A DNA stretch of 56,837 nt, counting the filler, from Porpidia crustulata (taxonomy: Eukaryota): NCBI GenBank assembly GCA_964255105.1. It is 4 parts of 4 records of this genome, joined end to end, with 100 filler letters (N's around TTAATTAATTAA, not from the genome) between each part and the next. Parts side by side here need not be neighbours in the genome. Positions count along the whole stretch, not along the records: positions 14,249 to 28,395 come from CAXUWE010000392.1; positions 28,496 to 42,621 come from CAXUWE010000393.1; 2 more parts are not named here. The stretch is one strand, 5' to 3'. The position numbers and the translations under genes were made by a program. Of the stretch, positions 15,054 to 28,545 are shown one piece after another. Position 1 is the stretch's first letter. Each line of letters begins with the position of its first letter. Below the pieces are notes generated by a model. It was given only the letters and a program-made list of their open reading frames with translations, did no database searches and was not told where the DNA came from.

Positions 15054-16052
15054 TCACGAGCTATCAGGTAGCTCAAGAGCTTTCAGTACGTCGTTACTTG
15101 GCTCTTTAGCCTCCATTGGTTTGCTGCTCAATTCCGGTTTCTCCCATCCCGACGTACTTCTGCCACTGGTTTTCCTCCGCTTGCGTGAACGATAGATCAA
15201 GAAGCCAAGTGCTACGACGGCACAGAATCCCAGCGCGACCCCAATACCTATTCCAGCTTTGGCCCCAGCCGATAAAATCCCGTGCTCGCTGGAGGGCGAA
15301 GAAGCCACGCTTGATGTAGGCCCGGTCGGGGATATCGTGCTCGATGTACGCATCGACGAATTAGCGCTGGTCGTAGACGCGAGCGTTACGCTTGAAGGAA
15401 TGTCATTGTCTTTGATTTGCACAATGATAGGATTAGCACCCAGGATTCCAGTATACACAAAGATTGTTTCGATACATTCCGTAACATATGAGGTGCCGGT
15501 GGAAATTTGAGTGTAAGTAATAGACCCTGCATTGATCACTGTTGAATATGTGCCCGTTGTTGTAAATACTGTGCTGTTATAGGTGAGTTTCTTGAAGCTA
15601 TTTGTGAAGGTACCGAACAACGTGAGCTGGGTTCCAATGAATCGGGACTCCCCGTATGAGTGACATAACTTCCCGCATCTCTATCACCTCATGAGCGTAT
15701 CCCTGTAGGAAGATTGCAGCACCTACGAAGGACAGCAATATTTTGTCGTCACACTGTTCGAAATACCAACAGAAGCCGCTGGCCACCCACTAGGACAGAT
15801 GCCAGGACTAATGGTCATCCCACAATAAGAACAGCTCGCCCAGCTAGAGGGTACACATTCGTCTCTCGTCGAATTCTGCGTGAATGAGATCTCAGGGCTG
15901 CGGCCTCCTATCGTGGTAATAGGTGTCCAGTAATCGAAGCAACGCGTAGGAGGAGTGAACGTCGTTGTGAGCGGCGAGGGATCGTGAGCACAACTGTCTA
16001 TGCAGAAGATATCCTTTGGGCCCGGACCTTCGAGTCGTTTTATCGCCGCCAT
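15054..16052 (-). CDS. Single-pass membrane protein with Cys-rich N-terminus and Ser/Thr-rich stalk (Mid2-like architecture)
   Basis: PLTTTFTPPTRC..ISPGICPSGW..YCCPS, an S/T-rich stalk, TM segment LSAGAKAGIGIGVALGFCAVVALGFLIY followed by RSRKRRK, then WEKPEL. Exact intron ends near 15725-15680 are unresolved. Confidence 0.75.
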
Positions 16053-17935
16053 CCGTGTCGATGCTTACAGTCGACGCTGAGGCAGCAAGAATCTCAATTG
16101 AGAAGACCACCAGTGACTATGCAGTTGATCTAGACAAATGGATTGGAGGTATGATAGGGACGGAACGCGATGGGTATAGATGGGGCTTCCAGATGTGTAT
16201 GGATGGTTGACCAGTCGATCGGCTGGGCCCAGGCGCTTGCTACACGCTGTCCTAGTAGGGAGCGATCACCCCCAATCTGAAAAATGTGTGATTTAAACAC
16301 CAAGCGACGGTGTGTGAAGCAATTCATAAGTGGACTTTGAACGTCACAAGGCGACCTCCCTGATGTATACAATTGCGCCAGCAGGTCCATCCATGACGAA
16401 ATCTGATTATTGGCGACCGTGGTGCCCAACAGACACACGAAAGCTCTGCATCAGCAGTCACTCCAAACCACTGCGAGGCATCCGTAACGGATTAGTCCCT
16501 CAAGCCTGTTCTGCTCTGTCAAAAAGACAGAATCTCCCTAGACCTCTACCCCCATCGGGCATTGGGTGGCGCCGTCTTGCAAACGCGGGACCTGGGTGAT
16601 CGTCGCGCGACCCCTGGAGTGATCCTAGATGGCTGCGTACCTTTGGACGTAAGGCGGGCCTTGAAGTATGTATTAGGTTAATTGGTGACGCTTTCCCAAT
16701 TCAGATACCTTATACTAGTCATCCGGACAATCTCCAATCACAAACGATTCCAAAGATAAATTCAGTCATAATGATAGTACATCTCTTTTCCCATCTCATC
16801 TATCCGAACAAATCGTTAGGAAGGCTGAAACTTGGAACTAGTTTGCCAAGTTGGGTGGTGATAGAGAATCGTGTCAAGCCTGCGGGTTAAGGTAAGATAC
16901 TAGAGTAACCGGTAGAGTAGGAACTTCAACATCCGCGGCACATCCGCGGTGCCGCGGTACCTTATTCAGGCAAATATCTAGAAAGTATGTAAAAGACATA
17001 CTCATAGCATCACACCAATCTCAAACCCTCCCGTCCTTTCCAATCAAGGGATATAGATCAACTACAAACCTCCACCACATATACCAGAAATTGCCCGTCA
17101 ATTCTCCAACTGTTACTCAAACACAATTGCGGATCCTGCATTGCGCGTCACAGACAGTACCCTAGGCTTAAACGTGTTCAAATAATACCTTCCACATTGT
17201 TCTGAGCCACCATGGCCAGGTACGAGTCGGTCGGCTCTCGTCTGTTACTCGGAGCTATTAGAGTACCGGCTCCTTCAATGGTGCTTCCCCCGTGCTCCCC
17301 CTTACTCCCTCGGTGCTCTCACTTCCTCTTATCTGGAACGGCAGTTGCTTATCCTAAATTCGGGGTGTACATAATATATATCATATTATTCTTTATGACC
17401 TTCTCTGGCGGTGCGGCGGTTCTCTCACATACAGTCCGAAATAATCATTTCCTTTGGTGATTGTTTTTTTCTGAGTTTGCTCACGACACTCGTTGCAGAG
17501 AAGACTAGTGCACGAATTGTATGATGATTCTCAAATCTCAATCCTACATTTACATTGCATATCCCGTAGCTCGAGCATTGACCACAAAGTCCCCATGACC
17601 ATACATCCCTGATACGCCAGGACATAACCGCCCAGCCTCCATCCGTCCAGACCTTCCTTTCGGTCGTTGCAATCATTATATTCTGCCGACCGATCCACCC
17701 CCAACGCCTACGCTAGTGCCCTGCGGCCTCTTTGAAACGCCAATGCCCAAGACTTACACGAGAAAAGCACAAAAAACAAAGCAAAATCGCACATGGGTAT
17801 CACAACAACGGGAAAAGTACCAATCTGAAAAGCCTGCCAGTATCGGAGATCAAGAGGCTCGGTGCGATCGGTCGTCCGACCTAGATTTTTCGAATTGATT
17901 GAACGGTAGAGAGGAATAATCAGGTGTTGGCGACC

Positions 17936-19754
17936 TCAGTTCAATAATCCACCAACATCTCTCAGCACACTCGAGCTATGTTGCCTCTGGGCTGCACTGG
18001 GGTGGAGATGAGAGGATGTAGTTGACGCAATAGATGGTCGCGGTGACGCCGGAAATCCGGGAGAGCGAGGATACGGAGGGAAAGCCGACGGAGATATCGC
18101 TTGGGATGAAGGAAATGATGGTTGATGATGATGAGGCGACGGAAAGGACATGGACGATGGAGAAGTGGGACGGCTGAAATTACGCACTGGTAAAGTAGGT
18201 TGACTGAGGTTTCGTACTGAAGGGGCGGTTCCGAGGTTAATCGTTGGAGCTGGCGAACGTGGTGAAGGAGGGGAGGGGGATAGAAGGCCACCGATGTCCT
18301 GGAGTAAAGCGTGGCTGCCTCTTCTCACTTGCTGAATCTCAGGCGTCCCAGGCGTTTCAGGCGGTTCAATCGCCTCGGCGTGAGGTGGAAGTACTGTCGG
18401 TCCAAATAAGGAGAGACTGCGGTATCGAGGGCTTGATCCCGCATGGTCGTCTTCGAGTAAGCCTCCTACGTCGAAGAACGACATTCTTCGAGGCGTAAGT
18501 ATAGGCACAGGGACTTCACCTGGGCCTACGGTCTCTATTTCCGTGCCGATTGCAGGGGCTTTCAAATCCGTATCATCGGTTTCGGCAGAGCCTCGAGTGG
18601 GAAATGTCCAATCATGCAACACAACTTTCGGCGTCACATTATTTGCCTGAGATGCAAGTGGCAGGGCCATCGGTGCTGGCCTGGGCATTTTGACTTGATG
18701 GTCGTCAAAGTCTGGCCCCAATCTCATGCCAAGATCCCCTGCCAAGTCCGTATCGCTGCCCCATGTTCTACTTGAAACAATATTCCGATGGACTTCCGTT
18801 GTTCTGTTCAAGCTGCTGGCACCTCCTATGCTACCAATACGGTACCGCTGCTTTTTTACGCCACGATCTCGTATGAAAGATCCCAATACGAGGGCGTTGG
18901 AGACTGCGGTGGCCGCTAGTATTTCGAGAGAAGCAAGCAGAGATCGGAACTGCTGGTCTGACCCACGGTCAATCACCCCTATGACGCGGTAGACGGTGAT
19001 GCCAACCAGGATTAGGGAGAGGGCGAAGAGCATGACCAGGGAAATTTTGCGCTTGATCGCCATGTGAGACTTCAGAATGATTGGGATAGGAAATGCGACC
19101 AGGAGAACATCGGTGGTGACATCGCTCACCGCCATGGTGATGAGTTGAGCATAACCTTGACGACATTGGGCACCAGGGTCTGGAACGACCTGCCAGTATT
19201 TGTGGAATGGCTGACACTCTGCAAGAGTCGCGATTACCACGGCGATAAAGGTCACGACGAGAAACCACCGTATGAATTGGAGGCCAAGTTCATAGGACCG
19301 TTTCCATACTTGACTTGTGATGCGCTTGAGAAATTCGGAGACGGTGAATTTGGCAATCCATAGACTTTGATGATGTTAGTGATGGTTCTCAATCACCCAA
19401 GAAAGCTACCCACAATGCGACATAAAGAATCCTGGAACATAGAACAAACTTGCTTCCAAGCGCGCGGCGTTCCAAATCGTGAGCATTCGATCCGGACGTG
19501 ATAGCGTTATTCGTTCCCCACAGAAGGATTAGATGAACAAATCCCATCCTGCCCAGCAATGGTATGATACTCAAAGCCATGACCTTGTCTTCCCGGAAAA
19601 GTTTCTCTGTACGTATATATCGCCCAGTAAGTCGTACGATTATAATGGCCAGCGCGAAGCCCGTACACCACCACGAAACCAGAATTGATGGATTGTCTTG
19701 ATGGCCACTCTTGGCGGGCGGTGGGCTGGTATACAATCGAGCGGAAAGAATCAT
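17936..19754 (-). CDS. Rhodopsin-domain (PTH11-like) integral membrane protein with Pro/Ser-rich tail
   Basis: Seven hydrophobic segments including LVSWWCTGFALAIIIVRL, LAECQPFHKYWQVVPDPGAQC, DVLLVAFPIPII and LEILAATAVSNA. One intron ~19411-19366. Confidence 0.88.
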
Positions 19755-21160
19755 TGCTGGGAGGCGCCGAGGCCCGCCCACCAGCCTCCGAGGAGGGGTA
19801 AGCGTGGAATCGAAGTCAGTGACCAGCTACTATGATGGCATTCCGGTGGTTCCTAAAAGACTTGGTCGTTGCGATGATGAAGCCTGGTACAACGCTTGGA
19901 CCATGCTTCCGCACTGCTATCTCCGAGAGAACGCCGAGGCTAAAGAACAGCGAGAGGAAGGTCAATGCAATGCCGAACAAAACCGTTCATTCAGGAATGT
20001 GATAATGGTTACTCGTGGCCTATTATAAAGATGATGCTTAAGATGATGATTGTTGGGAAAGACGGTGAAGAGAGACGAAACGATAGAGATTGCGAACGAG
20101 TAGATGACGGTCAGCATGGCTGGGCACCAGGCAGGAAGTGGCCATGATTGCTATTCTCTAGGGCCAGACTGTATCCGTCCACGGATATAGATACGGTACG
20201 AGGGTGCGAGGGTAGATAGGCATTATTAGGATGGCCGCGGGCTGCCTGCCTTGCTACCCCAAAAGAACGATATGTATTATTGGTTTACCGCCACATCCAA
20301 CGTGTCAGGCCGCAGGCATGAGCGGAGTCCTTCTTATCACCGCCTCATGTGAGTGAGCGACGGATGGTATAGGCCCTAAGTATGCACGTCGGTAACTAAT
20401 CCAGCACCGCTGATAGGGATGTGGGAAGCGTGGGGTCATGGTGGTGGGGGCGCGATTTCGGTATACAGTCTTTTCTCTGACTGATTGAAGTCCTAGACAT
20501 TGTAACTTGGCAACTTGCTAGCTTGCTAAATTGGTGTCTGTCGCACCGCCTCAGTTAATAAATATCAAATACACGTTAGCGGCGCAGTCTGCAACGGTCG
20601 AGTGTCACGACAGATGTGGATTACCGGTTAGGTACCTCGTAGCTACTCGTATCCCGTATTTAATTATTAGTTTGCCCTGGCAGTTATAAGGCAGAATTTA
20701 ATTGGCAGAACTTGACTACTCTAAGTAAGCTCCGGTAATTGGAGCCTCGGTTAGATGGGACGGAGAGTGCCTGACGAGCAGCCTAGACCATTTCATAGGC
20801 CTTGGAGGCTGATACAGTACGTACTCTATTGAAAGCACTGTACGGAAAAGCAATACAAACCCTCCTTTCTCGGCACCTTAGGTTGGGATGCTCAAGGCGC
20901 TAAGGTACTGGTCAAACACGGAATGCTCCGGGATGGCAAGTTTGATATTGATTTGAATTCTTGCTCTTAGTCAAGTGCTACTTTGAGCAGGCATAACTGA
21001 GCATGCGGAGGATCTCGCAAGTTCTTCACATGCTCCGCTTGTCAATTAGAAGAGGTCAAAACAAGCCATGGATATTTCGCTCTGTGGAGGATACATAGTC
21101 ATAGCAATCACATCAGAGGGAAAATACAGGATACAGTTCTCTAGGATCTCGCTACAGCCC

Positions 21161-22831
21161 TCAATCGTCGAGTAGACCCACAGTCCATTGTGGGATTCGG
21201 TCCACTCCTTCCCCGCGAATGGCACTGACCGGAATCGCAGTGAGCCTACCCTTCCATGCGTTTTTCCTGCCACTCGGATGATCGACTGTACCCGATGCCA
21301 AAGCGTCAAGATATGCTCGCAGGTTGGCGAAATTATCTTGGGTGCCTTCAATGTCAGCTTTTGTCGCCACGACAAACCAGGGCTTTGTCGATATGGGTGC
21401 CATCCAGAGCGCTGGAAGTGCCTGCGATGGTGATGGATTAATCACAATGTGCTCTTCTTTTCTTGCCACTGCGCCGTCCATTGCAAACGCAGTATTATTG
21501 GCCTGGCTGCCGAGAGCCCTCCAATCGACGGTTCTTTGTTCTGTTTGGTTATTCGTTTCCATTCCCCGTAGAGTCTCAAATTCTCCCAATTCTTGCCAGA
21601 GATTCTGCAGGGCTTGAACAGCGTCTCCTCCACTAAGATCAACGACAAATGCCAGGACTTGCGCACGTTCCACGTGACGCAAAAAGCCCAGTCCTAGTCC
21701 TCGATCGAGATGTGCATCCGTTATGAGCCCGGGTATGTCTGCTATGGATATTTGCGTCCTTGGTTCGCCTTTCGCCCTGTTGGCTTTGAGAAAGGGCTTG
21801 CCGCGATTATTGTCCAACACGACCGTCCCTATATTCGGTTGCAGGGTAGTAAAAGCCCAGTTCCCAACTCTTGCTCGACTTTTGCTAAGTGCCCGTAGCA
21901 AAGTGCTCTTGCCAGCATTGGGCATTCCCACAAAGCCAACATCCGCGAGTAGCTTGAGTTCTAATTCAAGTGTGATAGACATCCCGGGGTCACCTTTGGT
22001 GGCGACCTTTGGCCTCGGATTCGACCTTGATACGAAATGGGGATTACCAAGACCGCCCATAGCACCAGCAGCAAGAAGCATTGGCTTTTCCATGGGCTCC
22101 GAGAAATCGAGAGATACTGGCGCCTGAGGTTGCAAGAGATTCAGGCTCGACTTTCTTACTTCAGGGAGGGGAGGGAATTCTGCGGTGGCGTATTCGGACG
22201 GCGTGGTCGATGGATAGAGTACCCATTTATCTCTCCTCCATTGTCCTCGCGTAGTCTCTCCTTCAATTCGTGGTGTACCGGCATTCTCGATTGACCTCTC
22301 CTCTTCTGCTGCTACGGGATCGTGCCTGGAAATCTCCCTGACCACAGTGCCTACTGGTACTTGTACCAATATGTCTTCTCCTCTTTGACCACCCTTTCCC
22401 CTTCCGTAGCCGTTCTTTCCTCTGCTGGCTTTGATGGTCCCACGTCGTGCTAGCTTATGTAGGCTTGTTTCTCCGCGAACTGCTTGTATATAGACATTAC
22501 CACCACTACCACCGTCGCCTCCGTTTGCCGGGCCAGCTGAAATGAACTTATCCCGGAGAAACGAAACGCATCCATGGCCGCCAGAGCCAGCTGCAAGACT
22601 TAAAGTGCATTTATCTACGAAAATCGTACGACCATAATCCTCCGGTGTCGGATCTAGTCGCGAATGTTCATGGACGGGTAGGTCTTCCTGCGATACCAGC
22701 GTAACCGATGCTGTCGATTCGTGACGTTTAGATGTTCGTGTAAGATTTGGGTATCTCGAAATACGGCGAAGAGGAAGTACAGAAAATTCCAGGCCAGGGT
22801 AGAGGAAGGGCATGAGCACTAGACGAGCCAT
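21161..22831 (-). CDS. MTG2: Mitochondrial Obg-family GTPase
   Basis: Obg fold FVDKC..AGSGGHGCVSFLRDK..GGDGGSGG; G1 DVGFVGMPNAGKST, FTTLQPNIG, G3 ADIPGL, FLRHVERA, G4 ATKAD, G5 VSA. Confidence 0.95.
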   Translation of the reverse strand: MARLVLMPFLYPGLEFSVLPLRRISRYPNLTRTSKRHESTASVTLVSQEDLPVHEHSRLDPTPEDYGRTIFVDKCTLSLAAGSGGHGCVSFLRDKFISAGPANGGDGGSGGNVYIQAVRGETSLHKLARRGTIKASRGKNGYGRGKGGQRGEDILVQVPVGTVVREISRHDPVAAEEERSIENAGTPRIEGETTRGQWRRDKWVLYPSTTPSEYATAEFPPLPEVRKSSLNLLQPQAPVSLDFSEPMEKPMLLAAGAMGGLGNPHFVSRSNPRPKVATKGDPGMSITLELELKLLADVGFVGMPNAGKSTLLRALSKSRARVGNWAFTTLQPNIGTVVLDNNRGKPFLKANRAKGEPRTQISIADIPGLITDAHLDRGLGLGFLRHVERAQVLAFVVDLSGGDAVQALQNLWQELGEFETLRGMETNNQTEQRTVDWRALGSQANNTAFAMDGAVARKEEHIVINPSPSQALPALWMAPISTKPWFVVATKADIEGTQDNFANLRAYLDALASGTVDHPSGRKNAWKGRLTAIPVSAIRGEGVDRIPQWTVGLLDD

Positions 22832-23034
22832 GCCGGGAACTTTGCTATATATCCTCACACCTCACGTTCTCAGAAGCTTGATTTATCATAGGTTAGAAGG
22901 TTTGGTGTTTGTATAATGCTTTGCTGCAGCTAGTAATTATATCTCGCATAATTAGCTTGTGATGTTGCGTCTCGGTAGGATTATAGATCGGAGGAACCGA
23001 AAAATGTTTCCGCCGCTCAAATCCTCGAGATGAA

Positions 23035-24226
23035 ATGAGTCTCCCGCACAGGCGCCAGTGGTATCGCAACAATCGACAACACGCTCTTCTGGAATAGTGA
23101 TTTTTAGACTGTACCTTCTCGAATCGAGACAATCACTGACAGAGTATCCCTTCTAGCGCGAGCCTAAAGTATCTCTGTCCGGAAGGCATCTACATCAGCC
23201 TTAAGCCAGGCAGCCCGTCGCAATGGTCGGGTATTCTCTTTGTTCGGAAAGGTGAGCTCTGTAGCTGTTGAACATAAGGTGCACCACTAAGGTAATTGTC
23301 AGGGCCTTACGCGCCAGCTGTACTACGCTTTGATATCTCGTTTCCGTCGAGATACCCGATCTTACCACCCTCAATCACTTTCGTTAGCGACATCTTCCAT
23401 CCGCTGGTCACGCCCTTGACTACGTACACGTATAGCACTGGGTCATTGAGCTCAGAAACAGTCAGTGCCACCGATGAAGAACGCCTGCCGCCCGGAGGCT
23501 TCAGCTTGAGCCATGGATTTCCACACTGGTTCGGACGGGCAGAAAAAAGCGCTCCCTCTTCATCGGCTTCATCAAGGAACGTGAGCGGCTCCCAATACTC
23601 GCACGAATGCAACAACGAGCAGGGTGGTCTTGGCCGCTCCACTACAATTACGTCAAACTTGAGACTTGCCTCTCAAAGGCAGCCGTCGCCGAGTGTGGCC
23701 TCTAGTATATCGACCTTTCAGCATCCGAAGAATGGGCCTTTGGGTATCGGAATTGTCGCCGTCTTATGGTATATGAAAGAAGCGTTTAACGACGAGGCAA
23801 CTATGGAAACGTTACCACTGGAAGCGGCAGGAAATCCCGGGGCTTGGAATGCCTGGCGAGCACATCGCAAGAGCCTCAATACGGTTTCGAATTTGAGTGC
23901 GCCAGAGGTTACGAGTGGTAATGCCAGCGATTTCGATCCAGATAACAGTCAGGGTAGAGCTACACCGAATAAAGGAAAGCTGCCAAGCGACTGGAACTGG
24001 GACGGTGTGTGGCAAGAGCGAGTACGAAAAGGAATTGACGCAAGCATCTCAAACTCCGTCTTGTATGGAGCCCTTGGTGGAGGGAATGATTTGGTATGGC
24101 AACTACCACCTCATGTGAATAGAATTAACTAACACTGCTGTGAAGATTGATTTCGTTGACGCGGATAATGATCTTATCAAAGGTATCAAGGACTACGTTT
24201 TTGCAAACACATCGATTGCTGAGTAA
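23035..24226 (+). CDS. Catalytically inactive UBC-fold protein (AKTIP/FTS-like)
   Basis: Spliced start MSLPHRRQ..LLEYASLKYLCPEGIYISL..WSGILFVRKGPYAPAVLRF..FPSRYP..PP..IFHPLV, with no catalytic Cys after HP. Three GT-AG introns; stop TAA 24224-24226. Divergent from MTG2 across ~200 bp. Confidence 0.8.
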
Positions 24227-25430
24227 AGATTCTTTCGTTCCCAACGTCAGCATTTTTCTCAACTATGTGCCTTCCGTACGCGCCTTTAAGTGCAGTAAAT
24301 GGTTTCATTAGGATTGTGACGACTCTTCATGAATCCAGGTCGAGCCTACCCTATCTGTAATGTTATTTCATCATGTTGGCTCTTTCTCAATTCAACTCCC
24401 AGTAGAATCCTTAATGCCTAGGATTCTCTCATTTACCCAGGCCATCGGACTTCATGACTGAAACGCATCATAGTACTACTTCAGCAGCATATCATAAGTT
24501 GCAGTTTGAATGTGCATCCAGATACAGGTAGCATAAACATGTTTTCCGCCACCCACATCAGCTTGTTCTTCTCGATCGTCTATAGCTCATGAGGTTTAAG
24601 AGAAGACTTTCAGGGTTTGATGCCAAGAAAACGTAAAGCACTCACAAGCCCACGGAATCCGCTTAGGCCTTGCCCACCAGAAACTCCCCCAGAGACTCCG
24701 CCGGAAACGCCAGTGAGAAGTCGGCCGAGTTCTACCCATTTACTGGAGAAAGCAGAGCTGCAAATTAGCTTCCGACTTCGTGTCCTCGGAGCAATCTCCA
24801 AAACGACGCAAGTCCGATCATCAACCAATGGTCTCTCGGCGAGATTTTTAAGGGGTATCAGGTATGCGGTGATATAGATTTATTTGTCTGCGAGGTAGCT
24901 GCAGAACCAGTTCGCTAAGCCCCGTTCTGGACACAGATCAATCTACCACGCCTGGTGCTGGGTGCTTTTCTATCCCCATATCTTGCTCACCATTTGCAAG
25001 CGTCATCCGGACCTACGAGGTGCTTTCCTAGTATCCCATGGTCTGCTTCTCATTATCCTAATTTCCCTTGTTATTTCGTACGGTAGTATCTTCAGGCTGT
25101 GCTACGGTATATTCGTGGCACTAACCAACTGTCTTGAATTGTGCTACGCTTTACCTCAGGGGACAAACTACCTTATAGACAAGGGTTTGCAATGGAAGAC
25201 ACTCTACTATAATCTCGACACTCTCTCTGCTGTGCTACAAAGAACCGGCTACCTTGGAGTGGTCACTTATCACTTTTTCAACTCTGTATATGCACGGCTT
25301 ATCCTTTTAATGTCCCCAAATTTATTTGCCGGGTATTTGATGTTGAAGTCTCGCTCTGCCGCCCATCACCCAATATAGTAGGGTTCAGCACTGCAAACGC
25401 GTTTCGAATTTGGATTTAGCCTCTTTCCGA

Positions 25431-25691
25431 ATGAGCAGCACTGACGGTCGTATCGTTGGGCTGCTGATACTGACACCCATTGCCATCCTCGCCTTAGTGG
25501 TGTTTGGCGCTATCAAATTCTCTAACTTTTGGCCACAAAGGTGGAAGCTGTTGAGATTTTGGAGAACGTCGGAGCCCAATCACGAAAGAAAGAGCTCCGA
25601 ACCTTCTTCGGACAGTGCCGGTACCGAAGCATCAATTGACCTAGAGGCTGGTCTTGCGATCCATATAACCAAGCGAGAGCATCATGGGTAA
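25431..25691 (+). CDS. Small single-TM protein (86 aa)
   Basis: MSSTDGRIVGLLILTPIAILALVVFGAIKF hydrophobic segment followed by a charged tail containing DLEAG. Confidence 0.5.
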   Translation: MSSTDGRIVGLLILTPIAILALVVFGAIKFSNFWPQRWKLLRFWRTSEPNHERKSSEPSSDSAGTEASIDLEAGLAIHITKREHHG

Positions 25692-28395
25692 ATCTAATGA
25701 CTACCCACAGCTTGAAGATGCGGATGGCCCTCAGGAAAGCGATCTTGTCCCACATCCTCTTAGGATCATGAGACGGGAAAACCAGAAGACTCGGAGCGCT
25801 TCATCAGTATTCCTTCGCACTGCAGATTGTGAGCAGAAAGCCTTATTTTCAAGCCGGCAGCCCTCGATGCGGAAAAGCCACACTCAGACAGACCTCTCAA
25901 ACCACAAAACTTCTTCCAAAAGTTCTGCGATAGCTGAGTCTCTCAATATCCGCAAGCAGCGTCGTAATGACCTCGGACATGCTCGTCCGGGTAAGGCCAG
26001 TATCGGTACAAAGAGCTTGTCTGGTATCACCTTGTCCTACCCACCTGCACCGCTAAGGCCCAATGAGGATCACAATTTGGCTTCCCCTACGCAGAGTGTA
26101 AATGCGATATTCAACAGGGAAACACCTAGATTCCGCGCAGACCGTGCACGAGACCGAGCTGTGACTTGTCCGTCTTCTAGTAATCCAGGTTCATTGGGTT
26201 CATTTCTAGGGAAACCATCGACGTTATCGGAACAAATACCCGTGGTTGACCGCGGCCAACAACGAGCTGTGACCTCTACCGCAACCCTTCATAGCCTCGC
26301 AGACCTCAAAAAGTTGGAAGTAAGCTTAGGGCAAGAAATTGGTCGACGGCGATCCATTAAACAACGTTTCGTTTCTAGGATGATGAATGGTCTGAACAGC
26401 AAGCCGAAAGCCAGATTCGATGCAGTGCACCCTATTGAGCGCCCTTATGCCCAGCAAAGCGCCCTCACTAATATCCTGGATACGTCAATAGAGTCCCGTC
26501 CATCAAGAGCCAGGGCGGACATGATTCCAAGTACAACAACAGAGTCTTACCTTGGCAGCGATTTTGATACGGTTATTGCGGCGTTTCCAACTCCCCCCTC
26601 ATCTAGTATTGCATCCCCAACAACGTCAGCATCCTATGAGACATCAAGGCTAGACTGGGCTGCAATACTTCAGAAGCCGGAAGAAGCTTCTGTACTCGGC
26701 GTGGAACTCAGGCTGACTAGCGAGCTCTCAAAATTGAGCTCTGATAGCGGGCAGAGCATGTTTGTAACCATCGAGGTAAAGGGGGCATTGAATGTACCAA
26801 ACACACCATGTGAAGCCTTGACCAACGTTCAAGGCCTTGACATTGCTGTCATCATCGACAACTCGTAAGTCTCAATGACTATTTCTCGACTTTGCCACTA
26901 ATGCTTTCGCAAAGGTTATTCACATCTCCGGCTACGTTGATGGCAAGCTGCGAGACCGCTCGATTTATTGCATCACTGTTAAATTCTACAATGGATAGAA
27001 TGGCCATACTTAGCACCATGCCAGTAGATGTTAATGCATCCAACCCAAGAATTATTTCCCCCCTGAGCAAAACCACCGCCCATAACGCCAAGTTGAAGCT
27101 AGACACCATCGTTAGCTCACAAGATAAGCTGAATCCGGAAGCACTTTCTACAACCGTAAGACTCGCTCAAGAAATCCTGACTCAATTTTCATCCGACGAA
27201 CGACGGCAACCTAACCTTGGTCACATTTTTGTACTCAGTCCGACATTAAGTGGGCTCTCATCAAACATTCTGCGAGATGAAGTCATTCAGACACATTTAA
27301 TCTCTCCAGGGAGTATACCTTGGAAGATCACTGAAAGAGTAGAGTGTAATGGTTGGAAGCTCCGCCCGTATTACACAGACCAGCTACAGTTCCTGACCTA
27401 CAACAAGAGAGATACAGACGTGGAGAGTCTCTTCAACAGGCTTCGAAGTCTCATTTCGCACGCACGTCGCGGAGTATGCTTTGGCGTAATAAATGACCTC
27501 GTTATAGATTTACATCCGGGGGAAAATTGCACCATTGAAGACTTGACGAAAGGAAAAGCAATACCCTTCCTGCAGCCAGGCGAAGTGAACACCACGCTGG
27601 TAAAGGTCAGAGTTGATACTCCTCCTGCGAAAGGGTACTCTTTGTCAACCTCTCAAGAATTCCAACAACAAAATCCCAGCACGCTCGACCTGACAGAAGA
27701 AATAGATAGCCTGCTCGGGACATCTGCCACAGTCGTCCTCACTGCAACAGCTCGTTACAAGCATTCTTTTCTCCCAGCTGGTACATCATGTACGGTAACT
27801 GCCGAGACTCGTTTAAAGAGAGACGACCCCATTTCTTCGAGATCTAGGCTCAGGCATAGCTCTTTGGAGGTGCGGCCCCGTAAGGTCGCCTGCTCTCAGA
27901 TAGCGGTGCAGAAAAGGCTCGTATACTCCTTGGCGACAAGCCGGGAACCCAGGTACGCTTTGTTTGCGATAACGCAGGAATTCGGCGAAGCAGGATGTCG
28001 ATCAGTTTGCCCCGAATACATTAAGCTTGTGAGCGAAGAGCTGAGGTATCAAGCGCGTATCGTCGATCGCTTTGATCTCATCGCTACGGAATCTGGTTTC
28101 GTCTCCAAGGATTCCGGAAGGCCTTTTGGGCATCTCGGCCGCGGCTTGTTTGACGTCTCAAACTACATGTCGCAGGACTGGGTGGCAACTTTCTCAAATC
28201 ACGGTTTTGGATCTGCGTTGTTGGAAAGGCGCAGGCAAAGCGAGGATTCTGCCAAGAGGGTCTTGGTGGATTCGTCGGCACCGAGGAGGAGGATATCTGG
28301 CAGGGGGAAGTGTGGGCGGGCGAAGGCGGAAGATGATAAGGAGAATTGGACTAGGGATGAGATGGTGGAGAATTGGGAGTGTGCTGGGGGGAATG
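25684..28395 (+). CDS. Large protein with degenerate vWA-like domain; 3' end truncated by contig end
   Basis: Two long ORFs joined by an intron (GTAAGT at 26865, CTAAT branch, acceptor ~26914), giving LDIAVIIDNSLFTSPATL and later HIFVLSP. Runs into the spacer. Confidence 0.75.
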
Positions 28396-28495
28396 NNNNN
28401 NNNNNNNNNNNNNNNNNNNNNNNNNNNNNNNNNNNNNNNTTAATTAATTAANNNNNNNNNNNNNNNNNNNNNNNNNNNNNNNNNNNNNNNNNNNN
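28396..28495. other. Artificial contig spacer
   Basis: N44-TTAATTAATTAA-N44. Confidence 0.98.
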
Positions 28496-28545
28496 TCATT
28501 TCGCTGCACAATCTTCAGCGAACTATGGTATACCGGATTGACTGC

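Noticed and set aside
16930..16960. Three CCGCGG motifs in 30 bp
   Set aside because: Could be Zn2Cys6 sites, but unsupported and could arise by chance.
24630..24720. PPETPPETPPETP-coding repeat in a short ORF
   Set aside because: Low-complexity intergenic microrepeat in an ORF with no other support.
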